Source: Orbicella franksi
Taxonomy: Eukaryota
Assembly (NCBI GenBank): GCA_964199315.1
Contig: OZ116706.1
Span: 30,752,001 to 30,816,000 of the forward strand
Length of the DNA stretch: 64,000 bases
Direction of reading: 5' to 3'
Part shown: positions 13,195-23,075 of the stretch, one piece after another
Layout: every line of letters starts with the position of its first letter
Numbering within the stretch: position 1 is the first letter of the stretch
Translations under genes and position numbers: made by a program
Notes under the pieces: model-generated
What the model saw: the letters and a program-made list of their open reading frames with translations, nothing else
Databases searched by the model: none
Told to the model about the DNA's origin: nothing

Positions 13195-13972
13195 TGCGTC
13201 AGTCAATTCCAGCAGTGCCCATCCCCCCTCCCCGGGCTAACCCCCGGGCATAAGCATTTTTTACAAAAATGGGCAAATTCCCCGGGGTGGGGACGAAAAA
13301 AGAGGGCAAATGCCCCGCCCCCGGGATCGTCGCCTTCCAACACCTCTGCAGTTTTTTTTTTTTTTTTTTAATTAATCTGTGAATAAAACGTTCAACTGTT
13401 CAGTCTTTTAATGCAACGGTAAGACTTCAATGACAACAGTACGTGTTAGTTGATTTTGATTATATTTATTTCTTTAGATTTTGTTTTTAACAGTTTTCAA
13501 GATCTGTCTTGAAGATCGCATCATTTGAGTTCGCAAACCACTTTCATGAATTTAAAAAATGCTAGACTAGTTTTGAATGCGAAATGCGAAATAGTCGTGT
13601 TCACGTCAGTGATTGTTTTTGTCATGATAAACAAAATATAGTTCACCTTGTCGGTTATATTTATATGCTTACAAGTAATGAAGAAATATCTGAAACTGAG
13701 AAAACATACCTTTAAAAACATCTACAAGTTTCTCTAGTCCCTGACGGACAAGACATTGTCCGACAAACGCCTTGTCTTTCCCGATGAACTCATCCATGGC
13801 ACTTTCGAAAACACGTGTGTCAAATGCCCGAGGGTCGCCCCGGGGTACGCAAATGCACAGCCCCCGGGCCGCGATAAAATTGCGAATGCCCCACCCCCGG
13901 GACTGACAACGTGAGCAAATGCCCCGCGGTTGCCCGGGGGAGGGATGGGCATTGCTGGAATTGACTGATGCA
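13195..13972. mobile_element. PIF/Harbinger-like MITE
   Basis: TIRs tgcgtcagtcaattccagcagtgcccatcccc / gggatgggcattgctggaattgactgatgca; TTA on both flanks (13192-94, 13973-75). Confidence 0.75.
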
Positions 13973-14744
13973 TTACGTTCAGTTTTGATGAATGCTATTT
14001 CAAACAATAATTAAATGCATTTACAATATTAGACGGCTTCATAATAGACTATTCACAGCCCTCTATTTTCTCATATTATTCGATCATAGAACGCGCGGAC
14101 AGAATCTCGAGAGAAATGGACCCCAGCGCAAAACGGAAGACTTGAATGGGTAGGGACGGGGTGGGGACCGAGATAAATAAAGTGGCCGTAGACATCTTTG
14201 GAAAAAAGTGGATTGAACACGTAGACCTTAATGAGCTCTAAAAATCTGCAAAAGCACTGTCTGACGGCTCCACTCTAATAGTAATGATAACACAACATAA
14301 AGTGCCCCTCATAAACACATGTGAAGCAAAGAAAGGTCGAGAGATCGATGTGTTCGCCGTTTTGTGAAAGATCTTTCAACGTTTCATGAACACAAAATTC
14401 GAACGCTCCCTCGGACTCTGCCATAGGTATTTTGATCTTGTCGTGTTCTGGATGTTAGATTATGCATGAATGTCAAATTTTTGATGTCACGTTTTGATTG
14501 ACAGGCTAGTAACCAATCAAATTGCACTATTTCTCCCTGTTCGTAGGCGAACGGACTTCGGTAAAATGTTTGGGATTTACTGCAAGCGATTCCTTTTCTC
14601 TCCCACCCCCTCCCAATTCTCGCTCACCCCCTCCCCACTTCTCCCCAATTTTTTGCTCACTCCAGGCGCGCTCCTTCGTTCGCTCGCTTGCTCGACCTCT
14701 CCGCCTGGAAAAGGAAAGGAAACGACTGCTAGGCAGGCTATTCT

Positions 14745-14783
14745 CATTGTTGTTGTTGTTGTTGTTGTTGTTGCTGTTGTTGT
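14745..14783 (+). repeat. (GTT)n microsatellite
   Basis: About 12 GTT units with one GCT interruption. Confidence 0.9.
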
Positions 14784-15027
14784 TTCGGGACCCAAAACCA
14801 TCATGAAAGAACAAATAAAAGAGATGGAAGAGCTTAGGATTCCTTCCAGCGTTTTGTCAACAAAGGACGACTTGCTTCTGCTGATTGGAGAAGCGAAATA
14901 CAAGCTTGTTTTCGGAAGAAAGCCGAAGACTTTTGGATGCAAAATTCCAAAACATGTTATTTACGAAGATTCTCCGCTAAACAATTGTGCCACGCTCATT
15001 GTAACTGACGAGTGCCACACCACGTAA
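14770..15027 (+). pseudogene. RecQ/DExH-like helicase fragment
   Basis: VVVSGPKTIMKEQIKEMEELRIPS resembles motif Ia (VVVSPL..IM.DQI) and LIVTDECHT resembles motif II (DECH); then a stop; no motif I; upstream part of the ORF is a repeat element. Confidence 0.55.
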
Positions 15028-15413
15028 CACCTTCGGAATAAATTCTCCGCAGATATGTAAGGCGTCTTGCCAAGATTCCCCAAGCAAAAGAACAAGCGCA
15101 TATCCTACCAAAATCGGAGGACTGCTTGATTTCGGCTTTCTCCCCCTTTTAGCAGCGTTTTTTTTTTTTTTTTTTTTTTGGAGTTGAAGAAGTCGTCTGA
15201 GACGACATTCTTACATCCAAATGCACGTGTGTGTTGTTGTTTGCAAACTGATACTTGTAATCAATCAACAAGCAATTTTACCGCTCAAATTTTATTGGTT
15301 CAATTTAGTTAATTGGTTAAGGGGTGGAGCTGTTAGTAACAAGGAGATAACATGGGGAGGAGCCCAATAAGTACACTTTTTTCCATAGATGTCAACAGTC
15401 TCTCTATTCTTCT

Positions 15414-16693
15414 TGCTCACTTCGCTCGCAAACCCCACCCCCCAACCCCTGCTTGCTTCGCGATCGCTTTTTCTTTCGCGTGCGTAAATACAGAGGCTGT
15501 GAACAGTCTTGCTTCATAGTGGCTTTGATAAAGAGTAAAGATTGCATTGATGTGATTGTCAGCCATGCACGAAATTTTTGTAGTATCAACACCGCTATTG
15601 TTATGAAATTGCTCACTTCGCTCGCAAACCCCACCCCCCAACCCCCGCTTGCTTCGCGATCGCTTTTTCTTTCGCGTGCGTAAATACAGAGGCTGTGAAC
15701 AGTCTTGCTTCATAGTGGCTTTGATAAAGAGTAAAGATTGCATTGATGTGATTGTCAGCCATGTACGAAATTTTTGTAGTATCAACACCGCTATTGTTAT
15801 GAAATTGCTCACTTCGCTCGCAAACCCCACCCCCTCAGGAAAACTAAGGCATGGGTCAGCAATTATTTTCCTCAAAACAGTTAGGGGGTGGTCTACGTTC
15901 TGAGGCTTGGTTCATAACAACATAAACTTTTGGGAGACAGATACATCTTCTAAAGTGATTATTTTTGACTTGTCAAACTTATGCAAATTAGGTCACGTGA
16001 CCTGATACGGCCAAAAAAACGTGGAAAGTCTTTAAGCAAAAATACGAACAGTTTGCAAAAAGGTTTCAACAGAACTGGTACGGGACAAGTCCTAATGACA
16101 ACAGCAAAGGAACTGTGCTTGGCAATTGTTGAATAGTTCATTATTTCTGGAAATAAACGGTTTCTCCTACTAGTACCCAGTCCCCCAATAAAAGTAATTT
16201 GTCTTTTTAAAAGTTCCTATTTACGTATCTTAACTTTTCCAAGCGCAGAAACGATGTATCTAATGACCCTAAACTCATGAAACTAACATCAAGGTTTAAG
16301 GACATAAGAAAAGTGTTCCCATTTAACAAAAGAGATTATTTGGCTTGAAGAGACCACGTGACCTAATTTGCATATTTTCGACATTCCAAATTGACACAAA
16401 CTGTCAACCTTTTGACCTGGCAAAGTTTCATGCTGCTACAACTAAAACTTCAAAAGATACACTACCCCCTAACTTTCCGGGTGAATAACTGGAGGCCCTT
16501 GCCTTAATTTACTTGAGCCCCAACCCCTGCTTGCTTCGCGATCGCTTTTTCTTTCGCGTGCGTAAATACAAAGGCTGTGAACAGTCTTGCTTCATAGTGG
16601 CTTTGATAAAGAGTAAAGATTGCATTGATGTGATTGTCAGCCATGTACGAAATTTTTGTAGCATCAACACCGCTATTGTTATGAAATTGCTCA
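15414..16693. repeat. 196-bp tandem repeat (about 3 units, third interrupted by an insertion)
   Basis: Units at 15414-15609 and 15610-15805; the third starts at 15806 and resumes at 16518-16693; near-identical by eye. Confidence 0.85.
15834..16517. mobile_element. 684-bp TIR element inserted into the 196-bp repeat
   Basis: Imperfect TIRs ctcaggaaaactaaggcatgggtc versus reverse complement ctcaagtaaattaaggcaagggcc; the repeat's C5 run becomes C4 + C4 across the insert, consistent with a 3-bp TSD. Confidence 0.6.
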
Positions 16694-17097
16694 ATATTTG
16701 TATTCAAGTAACCTCATCTTCAAATTCACTATTAGTGATGCTATTGATGTTACGTTCAAATTACAAAATCATTGTTTCTGATTTTAATGACGCGACGGTA
16801 ATCGACCCAACTTGCAGATAATTTTGATTGTGAAATTATCAAAATCTATATGAATATTTACTGTTTCTAAGATGTTTTACTGCCCAGCTTCTGCTGCATT
16901 CTACTTGCAATCTGAAACTCTCAGTCTATAAGCTACTGCCTTTCACTGTGCAAAATACAGTATTTTCTGTGCGAAACTCAGTCATGAAAAAGTAACACTA
17001 GGCTAGGTTATTCAACAGAATCAAAAAGCATGAAGACCTTATTCTACAACATCACCAGTTGAAACAGTCTTAGAGACACGTCCAGTATTAGCAGAAA

Positions 17098-17829
17098 CTA
17101 GCCACGAAACGTATTAATAAATGCAAACAAGACAACTGCAGCTTGAAGAGGCAGCAACTTGCTAGCTTCGCTTGGTACAGTTATCGCGTCAGTTGTATTT
17201 GTTTGGGTGGACTTGGTCGGCTCGGTGTGGTTTCCTGTAGTTGGTGGCTGACTTGTAACGTTTGGATTCGTTTGGTACAGTGTAACCATTGTGCCGTGTA
17301 CCGTCATCCCAACCTGTTTACAAGTTGTTCCTGCCGCTATCGATATATTATAACTCGCGAGAACTGTTAGTTCGAAGGTCTGAGTTTTGTTATCCTGTAT
17401 ATCAAATTTCCCGTCAATTTTGGTAGGAAATGTCATCGAAAATCCACCGTTATGCCGGAGAGTGTAGATAAATTTAATCAAGTTGCCATCAATTCCTTGT
17501 TTCAGCGTTTTCTCCACTGGAGTTTCTCCCAGACACAAGTTTCCGCCAGCATCCAGTAGTTTTTCTTCCTCATAGGAGATCCTCGCAGCTTTGTCCTTTC
17601 GAAAGGCGATGTAAAACCGGTACAAAGGATATCCTTCCCGATACACTGGAGCATTGCTTAGCGTGTAGTTGTTCACCAAGCGACCAGAAACTGCCTTTAT
17701 GTGCGTGCTTGCGACAGAACCCAGATGAGTTTCGCTGACGCTAACCGGGGAATCCCATGAGATTGCCGAAGATGATACTCCTCCCAGCACAAAAATGATG
17801 GAAAGAGAAAACACAGTAGCGACTTGCAT
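17098..17829 (-). CDS. Secreted, putatively GPI-anchored glycoprotein, paralog A2 (243 aa, intronless)
   Basis: ATG at 17829; 9 aa differences from A1 and the same architecture. Confidence 0.85.
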   Translation of the reverse strand: MQVATVFSLSIIFVLGGVSSSAISWDSPVSVSETHLGSVASTHIKAVSGRLVNNYTLSNAPVYREGYPLYRFYIAFRKDKAARISYEEEKLLDAGGNLCLGETPVEKTLKQGIDGNLIKFIYTLRHNGGFSMTFPTKIDGKFDIQDNKTQTFELTVLASYNISIAAGTTCKQVGMTVHGTMVTLYQTNPNVTSQPPTTGNHTEPTKSTQTNTTDAITVPSEASKLLPLQAAVVLFAFINTFRG

Positions 17830-18764
17830 GATTCGAAATGTTGTTGAAGACAAGCAAACTTCCAAGTTTGTCTTTTTTTCCCCGATTAGAAGTGATTTCC
17901 CTTGTAAAAGTAAATAGCTTTAAGTATGCTGATATATTGAAAGAATGACGTCAGTCAGGCGAAACTTCCGGTTGTCTGTTTAAGTTCTAATTAGTAGACT
18001 GCAGGATATTATCTTTATAACGTACAACATCACGTACGGCCATAAGAAGGAGAATAAAAAAGAGCCGTTAGCTTTAACGTTTTCGCCAAAAAGTCGGCAG
18101 GCTAGTGACATGTGCCAAGGAAGAGGACTTCTCAACAAAGAGGCAAATTTTCAGACACCTATTTACAAGATGCGGCAAGATGTGGCTTGCTTGCAATCTA
18201 CCAATGTGGGCGTTTGTTTTTATTTCTGTAATCAGCTTTAAGAGAATTTTGCATTTATTCCACCAATAGAGTTTACTTCACACTCACCGGATTTCTTGGC
18301 ACTTTAGTGTGAGAGAATTAATCCGCGCGATTATTCAGTTACGAATTGTCCGAATGCACTTTGGAAGTTGGAAATGCCTTCAGGAAGCTCTTCTCTGCTG
18401 GACCTTGCGCAACTAGTGTTCTAGCAGCTTCCGTCGCTGACAGGACGTGGATGGCGACCGAAAGGATTAAAAATAACTTGGAAAAAAATAAACATTAGTA
18501 CTGGATTTCTGAGCTCTGTGGCCCGGCTTCCAGCCTGAAATTCACATAAGCATTTTGTCTTTATTAGAAGGTATTTCAATATGGACTTTTTGTCGTAAAT
18601 GCAGGTTAAAACGACAGCTTGCCGACTCGATGGTAGCCTGTGAACGCAGACGTATTTCCGGCTGTCACTTGGTTCCGCCGTTTTTTTCAGTGAGGGTGCG
18701 CCAAAACATATCCTGCGGAAGGGGTATATTCTCCCTACCCTCCAACGCAGACGTTCTTTCTTTT

Positions 18765-19480
18765 CTTCTGCTCAACCCTGAAAAGACAAAGTTCATGGTC
18801 TTTGGCAGCCGCCCAATGATCCGCTGCCCGATGATCAAGCTTTCGCTGCTCGGAAGGAACTAGTGCCATCAGAGTCCATCAAAGATCTCGGTGTAACTTT
18901 TGACCGTACTCTGTCATTTGACAATCACATCTCAGTGACAGTTTCATCTTGCGCGAGTAAATTAACCAAGATTAATTAATCGAGCAAAGCACGCATTTAA
19001 CCCTGACCTATAAGTGACCATCATAACTGCCCACTAACGCCTCTACCCGTAATTTGCAAAAAATATAACTCGTCCAGAACTTCGCGGCTCGGATAATTAT
19101 TGGTGCAAGGAAATTTTGAACACATAACTCCATCACTCAAAAACTTGGGGGTAGCTCCCGGTTAAAAAAGCAGTTTTATCTCCGCGAAGCTATGACGGCT
19201 ATCTTCGCTTTGAAGTGCATGACGGGCTGCGCCCCGACTCACCTGACGTCAAAGTTTGTAACAAAGAGGACAGATATCTGACCGCAAACAAGAAACTCAT
19301 TCCAAATGTTAAAACATTCCTTTATGTAAGGCCGCTACTGGTCAGAGGACATTTCAATACAGGATAGCAAACTTATGGAATTTATTAGCTAAAGATTTAA
19401 AACTGTGCAAAGGTTCAGTATTCTTTAAGAAAAATCTTAAAGCAAAGATACTTAACGAGTTTTTGAAACAAGATTCTCAA
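18765..19480 (+). mobile_element. Degraded LINE (CR1/L2-like) reverse-transcriptase 3' fragment
   Basis: Frameshifted segments LLNPEKTKFMVFGSR, IKDLGVTFDRTLSFDNHI and GQRTFQYRIANLWN, typical of the C-terminal part of CR1/L2 ORF2. Confidence 0.75.
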
Positions 19481-19970
19481 ACTCATTAATAATTCATCAA
19501 GTTTAAACAAGGCAAATCATGACAATGACAGTGTTTGGATATCTGATCTTAATTAGCATAGATTTTTACGATTGCTGCGCGTCGTATTTTCAACTCTCTT
19601 TTCGGTGTTTGGAAATGTGGTCAAACACGCTTTAAAACCCTAAAATGTACCGAAAAAGCTCCCGCTGAGTACCTTTTGAGGCTGAACACCCTCACAGGAG
19701 GCAAAACCGCGTTTTTAACCCCTATAAGGTACGACGAGCCTGTACTCTTTATATGGCTGTCGATCCCCCCCCCCCCCCCCCCCACGGGCTACCATCTCTC
19801 AAGATTTCTTTCCTCTCTCAGGCGGAAAGAAAATTATTTAATCCGTGATTTTTTGCGACCTATTAAATTTTCAACTCTGTCACTGTCAGGTAAACACATT
19901 TGAGCTCGTACAAAAACTAAGTGAACTTATTTAGCGAGATTATCTTAGGTTTGCAGCGATAAACACGCAG

Positions 19971-20741
19971 TTAGTAAAGAAAAATGTTAGAAAACACAAA
20001 AAGCGAAAACACAACCGGAAGCAGTATGTTACTGATTTTAGGTATATTTGCTCCGTTTGGATTTGTTTCGTACATTGTAACTACTGTGCCTTCTACCGTC
20101 ATCTCAACCTGTGTGCAGGTTGTTCCCGCCACTATTGAAGTATTATATCGCGCAAGGGTTGTTATTTCAAAGCCTTGATCTTTGATATCCTTCAGTGAAA
20201 TTGTGTTGTCAAATCCATGCAGTTTCACCATTGTTCCATCATTGTACTTGACCGTGGTGTTCAATTCGACCAAGTTCTCGTCAATTCCTTCTTCTAGCGT
20301 TCTGTTTCCCGCCAATTCTCCCAGGCAGAGTTCTCCCCGATCGTTCAGCAGCTTCTCTTCCTCATGTGAAAGCCTCACAGCTCTATTCGTTGGAATGGCG
20401 ACATAACTTCGGTACATTGGATATCCAGACCGATATACTGGAGCATTGCTAAACATATAGCGACGCACCAGGTAAGCGGCAACCACTTTCTTGAATGTTC
20501 CTGAGCGTGATCCCAGCCTGGTTTGCTTGACGATCACCGGAGACCGTACTGAGGTGGCTGGAATCGGTGTGTATTTAGTGATTTTAGGTTTCGAGCTCGA
20601 TCCTGATGAAACTGATCTAGTGCGTGATCGATTTCTGGAGCGTCCCGCTCGAGAACTTCCTCTGACACCTCTTGCAGTCTGAGATAGTTCCACCATCATA
20701 AGAATGACGAGTAGAACAAGGAACAGTGCGGAGACTCGCAT
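19971..20741 (-). CDS. Secreted, putatively GPI-anchored glycoprotein, paralog B (256 aa, intronless) with Arg/Ser-rich N-terminus
   Basis: ATG at 20741 (MRVSALFLVLLVILMMVELSQTA); shares SNAPVYR.GYP.YR, EEEKLL..G.LC, FE.T.LA.YN.SI.AGTTC.QV.MTV.GT and YETNPN with A1/A2; hydrophobic C-terminus. Confidence 0.85.
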   Translation of the reverse strand: MRVSALFLVLLVILMMVELSQTARGVRGSSRAGRSRNRSRTRSVSSGSSSKPKITKYTPIPATSVRSPVIVKQTRLGSRSGTFKKVVAAYLVRRYMFSNAPVYRSGYPMYRSYVAIPTNRAVRLSHEEEKLLNDRGELCLGELAGNRTLEEGIDENLVELNTTVKYNDGTMVKLHGFDNTISLKDIKDQGFEITTLARYNTSIVAGTTCTQVEMTVEGTVVTMYETNPNGANIPKISNILLPVVFSLFVFSNIFLY

Positions 20742-21476
20742 TTTTTGATGATTCACACGTCTAAATCAAACCTTCCAATGTTTGTCTTTTGTAGTCCAAG
20801 TTGTTATCTGTGTTACGCAACAGTTAATACTTTGATTCGTGACTTCAGACATGACCCCCTCTTTGAACTATGATGTCACTGGCACAATTTTATGGATAAG
20901 ACAAACGAGGGTACACGTACATTCGGTTTTTTTTTTCCTGCAAGATCCAATGAGCTTACAAGAACGACTTTCTTGTCCTCCAGTTTCATAGCTTCGAATG
21001 AAGCAGAAAAATAAAAGCAAGAAACCCCCGAAACTTTAGCTGATAGTGTCTCAATTCAATAAAGAAAAAGATGCCGTATATGTAACACCAACAGATCACA
21101 TTCTCTTGGTAACACCCAATCTCCCCACTCCCCCTACCCCGGTTCCCACTCGTCTCCTGTATTTCTACCACACTGAATCTGTTTACCAATCGCCCAATTA
21201 CAGACTGATTTAGAGTTTTTTTTTTTTCTTATTTAGAAGAATTACTCAGTTAACAAATTAATTTTTTTCATGAGTTTCAGGAGCCCATAAGGCAATCGGC
21301 TCCTGGCCCGCTATCCACAGAAGAAATCACTATCCAGTGGATAGAGTGGTTTGTTTTGTTAGCACTTATCCAGCCTTCGAACAACCTGCACGGTCTGTGT
21401 TTTTTTTTTTTTTTCTGTTTTTTTTTTTTTGGCCGCGTTTTCCTTAGTTTAATGTGGGGACTGGGATTTAGAAGGA

Positions 21477-23075
21477 ATGGCTACCAAGTTCATACGCCGC
21501 CATCTTTTTTTCAATCTTTGTTGTCCAATTTTGTCTCACAGTATGACCATCAAGAATACGGTGACTGCTCTTACCAGAGAAGAGATTATCTCACTTCTGA
21601 TTCAAGCTGCTATTTGGGCTATGATAGCCGTAGCTATCTCTGTCATAACTCTGGCGATAGCAGTGATTTTCCTTCGATGGTATGTGCGTAAAAGATCACG
21701 GAATGCGCTGCCACATCTTCGGGCTGTGCGAGGCAAGAGAAGAGATTTTCGGCCTGTTGTTGTTGGATTTTTTCACCCTTACTGCAACGCAGGAGGTGGA
21801 GGAGAGAGAGTGCTTTGGACAGGCATTCGAGCTCTCCAAAATCGTTATGATTTTGTTCGTTGTGTTGTGTATACAGGAGACCCGCATGTTAGTGGAGAAG
21901 AAATCCTTCGAAAAGCCAGGCAACGTTTCAACATATCTTTGCCCCAGCCGGTTGAATTTGTCTTTTTAAAGAAAAGGCGCTGGGTTGAAGCGAGTATGTA
22001 TCCATACTTCACACTCCTGGGACAAAGCTTAGGATCAATGTTGCTGGGCTGGGAAGCTCTGAACTCTTACTTGCCAGACATTTTCCTGGACACTATGGGT
22101 TATGCCTTCACTTTGCCTCTGTTTCGCTATCTTGGTGGCTGTCAGGTTGGTTGCTATGTTCACTATCCAACCATCAGTACGGACATGTTGTCGCGTGTCG
22201 GGGGCCAAACAGTTTCATACAACAATGCTTCATTCATCAGTAATAGTCGCATTCTAAGCACGGTCAAGTTACTTTATTATTACTTGTTTGCAGTAATATA
22301 TGGTCTGGCTGGGTCTTGTGCTCAAGTTGTCATGGTGAATTCAACTTGGACATATGGCCACATCTTGTCGTTATGGAGGAAGAAGAACCAGACATCCATA
22401 GTTTATCCACCTTGCGACACTCGGGCGTTCTTAGAATTGCCAATAAAGGTTGGTAGTGCAGACATCGATGAAGATGACGATGACATTGTCCACTCCGTAG
22501 TATCTGTTGGACAGTTCAGACCAGAGAAAGATCACCCACTCCAACTACGATCTTTTCATGAGTTCCTCAAATGCAAAATGGCAAAAGACCGACACAAGTA
22601 CAAACTAATTCTTGTTGGGAGCTGCCGTAATCAAGAAGACACAGACAGAGTAGATTCTCTGAAACAGTTGGCATCAAAGCTTGGAATTAAAAGCAATGTG
22701 GAGTTTGCTTTGAATGTTTCCTTTGAGAAACTCAAGTCTTACCTTGCAGAAGCAACCATCGGTCTCCACACAATGTGGAATGAACATTTTGGGATTGGCG
22801 TTGTGGAGTGCATGGCCAGTGGTGCTATTGTTTTGGCTCATGACTCGGGGGGGCCTAGAATGGACATTGTCATTGAATGGGAAGGAAAGCCAACCGGGTT
22901 TTTGGCAAGTGATGAGAAAAGCTATTCTGCTGCCATGGAGACGATCTTTGCACTCTCACCAGAGGAGAGAAGTGTCATATGCCACAATGCAAGGGACAGT
23001 GTCAACAGATTTTCAGAGAAAGCTTTTGAAAATGGATTTCTTCAATGTACTGAGCCCTTGTTCATGAGTGTGTGA
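21477..23075 (+). CDS. ALG11: GDP-Man:Man3GlcNAc2-PP-Dol alpha-1,2-mannosyltransferase (intronless, up to 532 aa)
   Basis: N-terminal membrane anchor, then the family motifs [46 protein letters not shown] and [19 protein letters not shown]. The start could be 21477 or 21543. Confidence 0.95.
   Translation: MATKFIRRHLFFNLCCPILSHSMTIKNTVTALTREEIISLLIQAAIWAMIAVAISVITLAIAVIFLRWYVRKRSRNALPHLRAVRGKRRDFRPVVVGFFHPYCNAGGGGERVLWTGIRALQNRYDFVRCVVYTGDPHVSGEEILRKARQRFNISLPQPVEFVFLKKRRWVEASMYPYFTLLGQSLGSMLLGWEALNSYLPDIFLDTMGYAFTLPLFRYLGGCQVGCYVHYPTISTDMLSRVGGQTVSYNNASFISNSRILSTVKLLYYYLFAVIYGLAGSCAQVVMVNSTWTYGHILSLWRKKNQTSIVYPPCDTRAFLELPIKVGSADIDEDDDDIVHSVVSVGQFRPEKDHPLQLRSFHEFLKCKMAKDRHKYKLILVGSCRNQEDTDRVDSLKQLASKLGIKSNVEFALNVSFEKLKSYLAEATIGLHTMWNEHFGIGVVECMASGAIVLAHDSGGPRMDIVIEWEGKPTGFLASDEKSYSAAMETIFALSPEERSVICHNARDSVNRFSEKAFENGFLQCTEPLFMSV

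Noticed and set aside
15404-16821. Repeated 60-150 aa ORFs (MLRDRFFF..., MGFASEV...)
   Set aside because: They are translations of the 196-bp tandem repeat.
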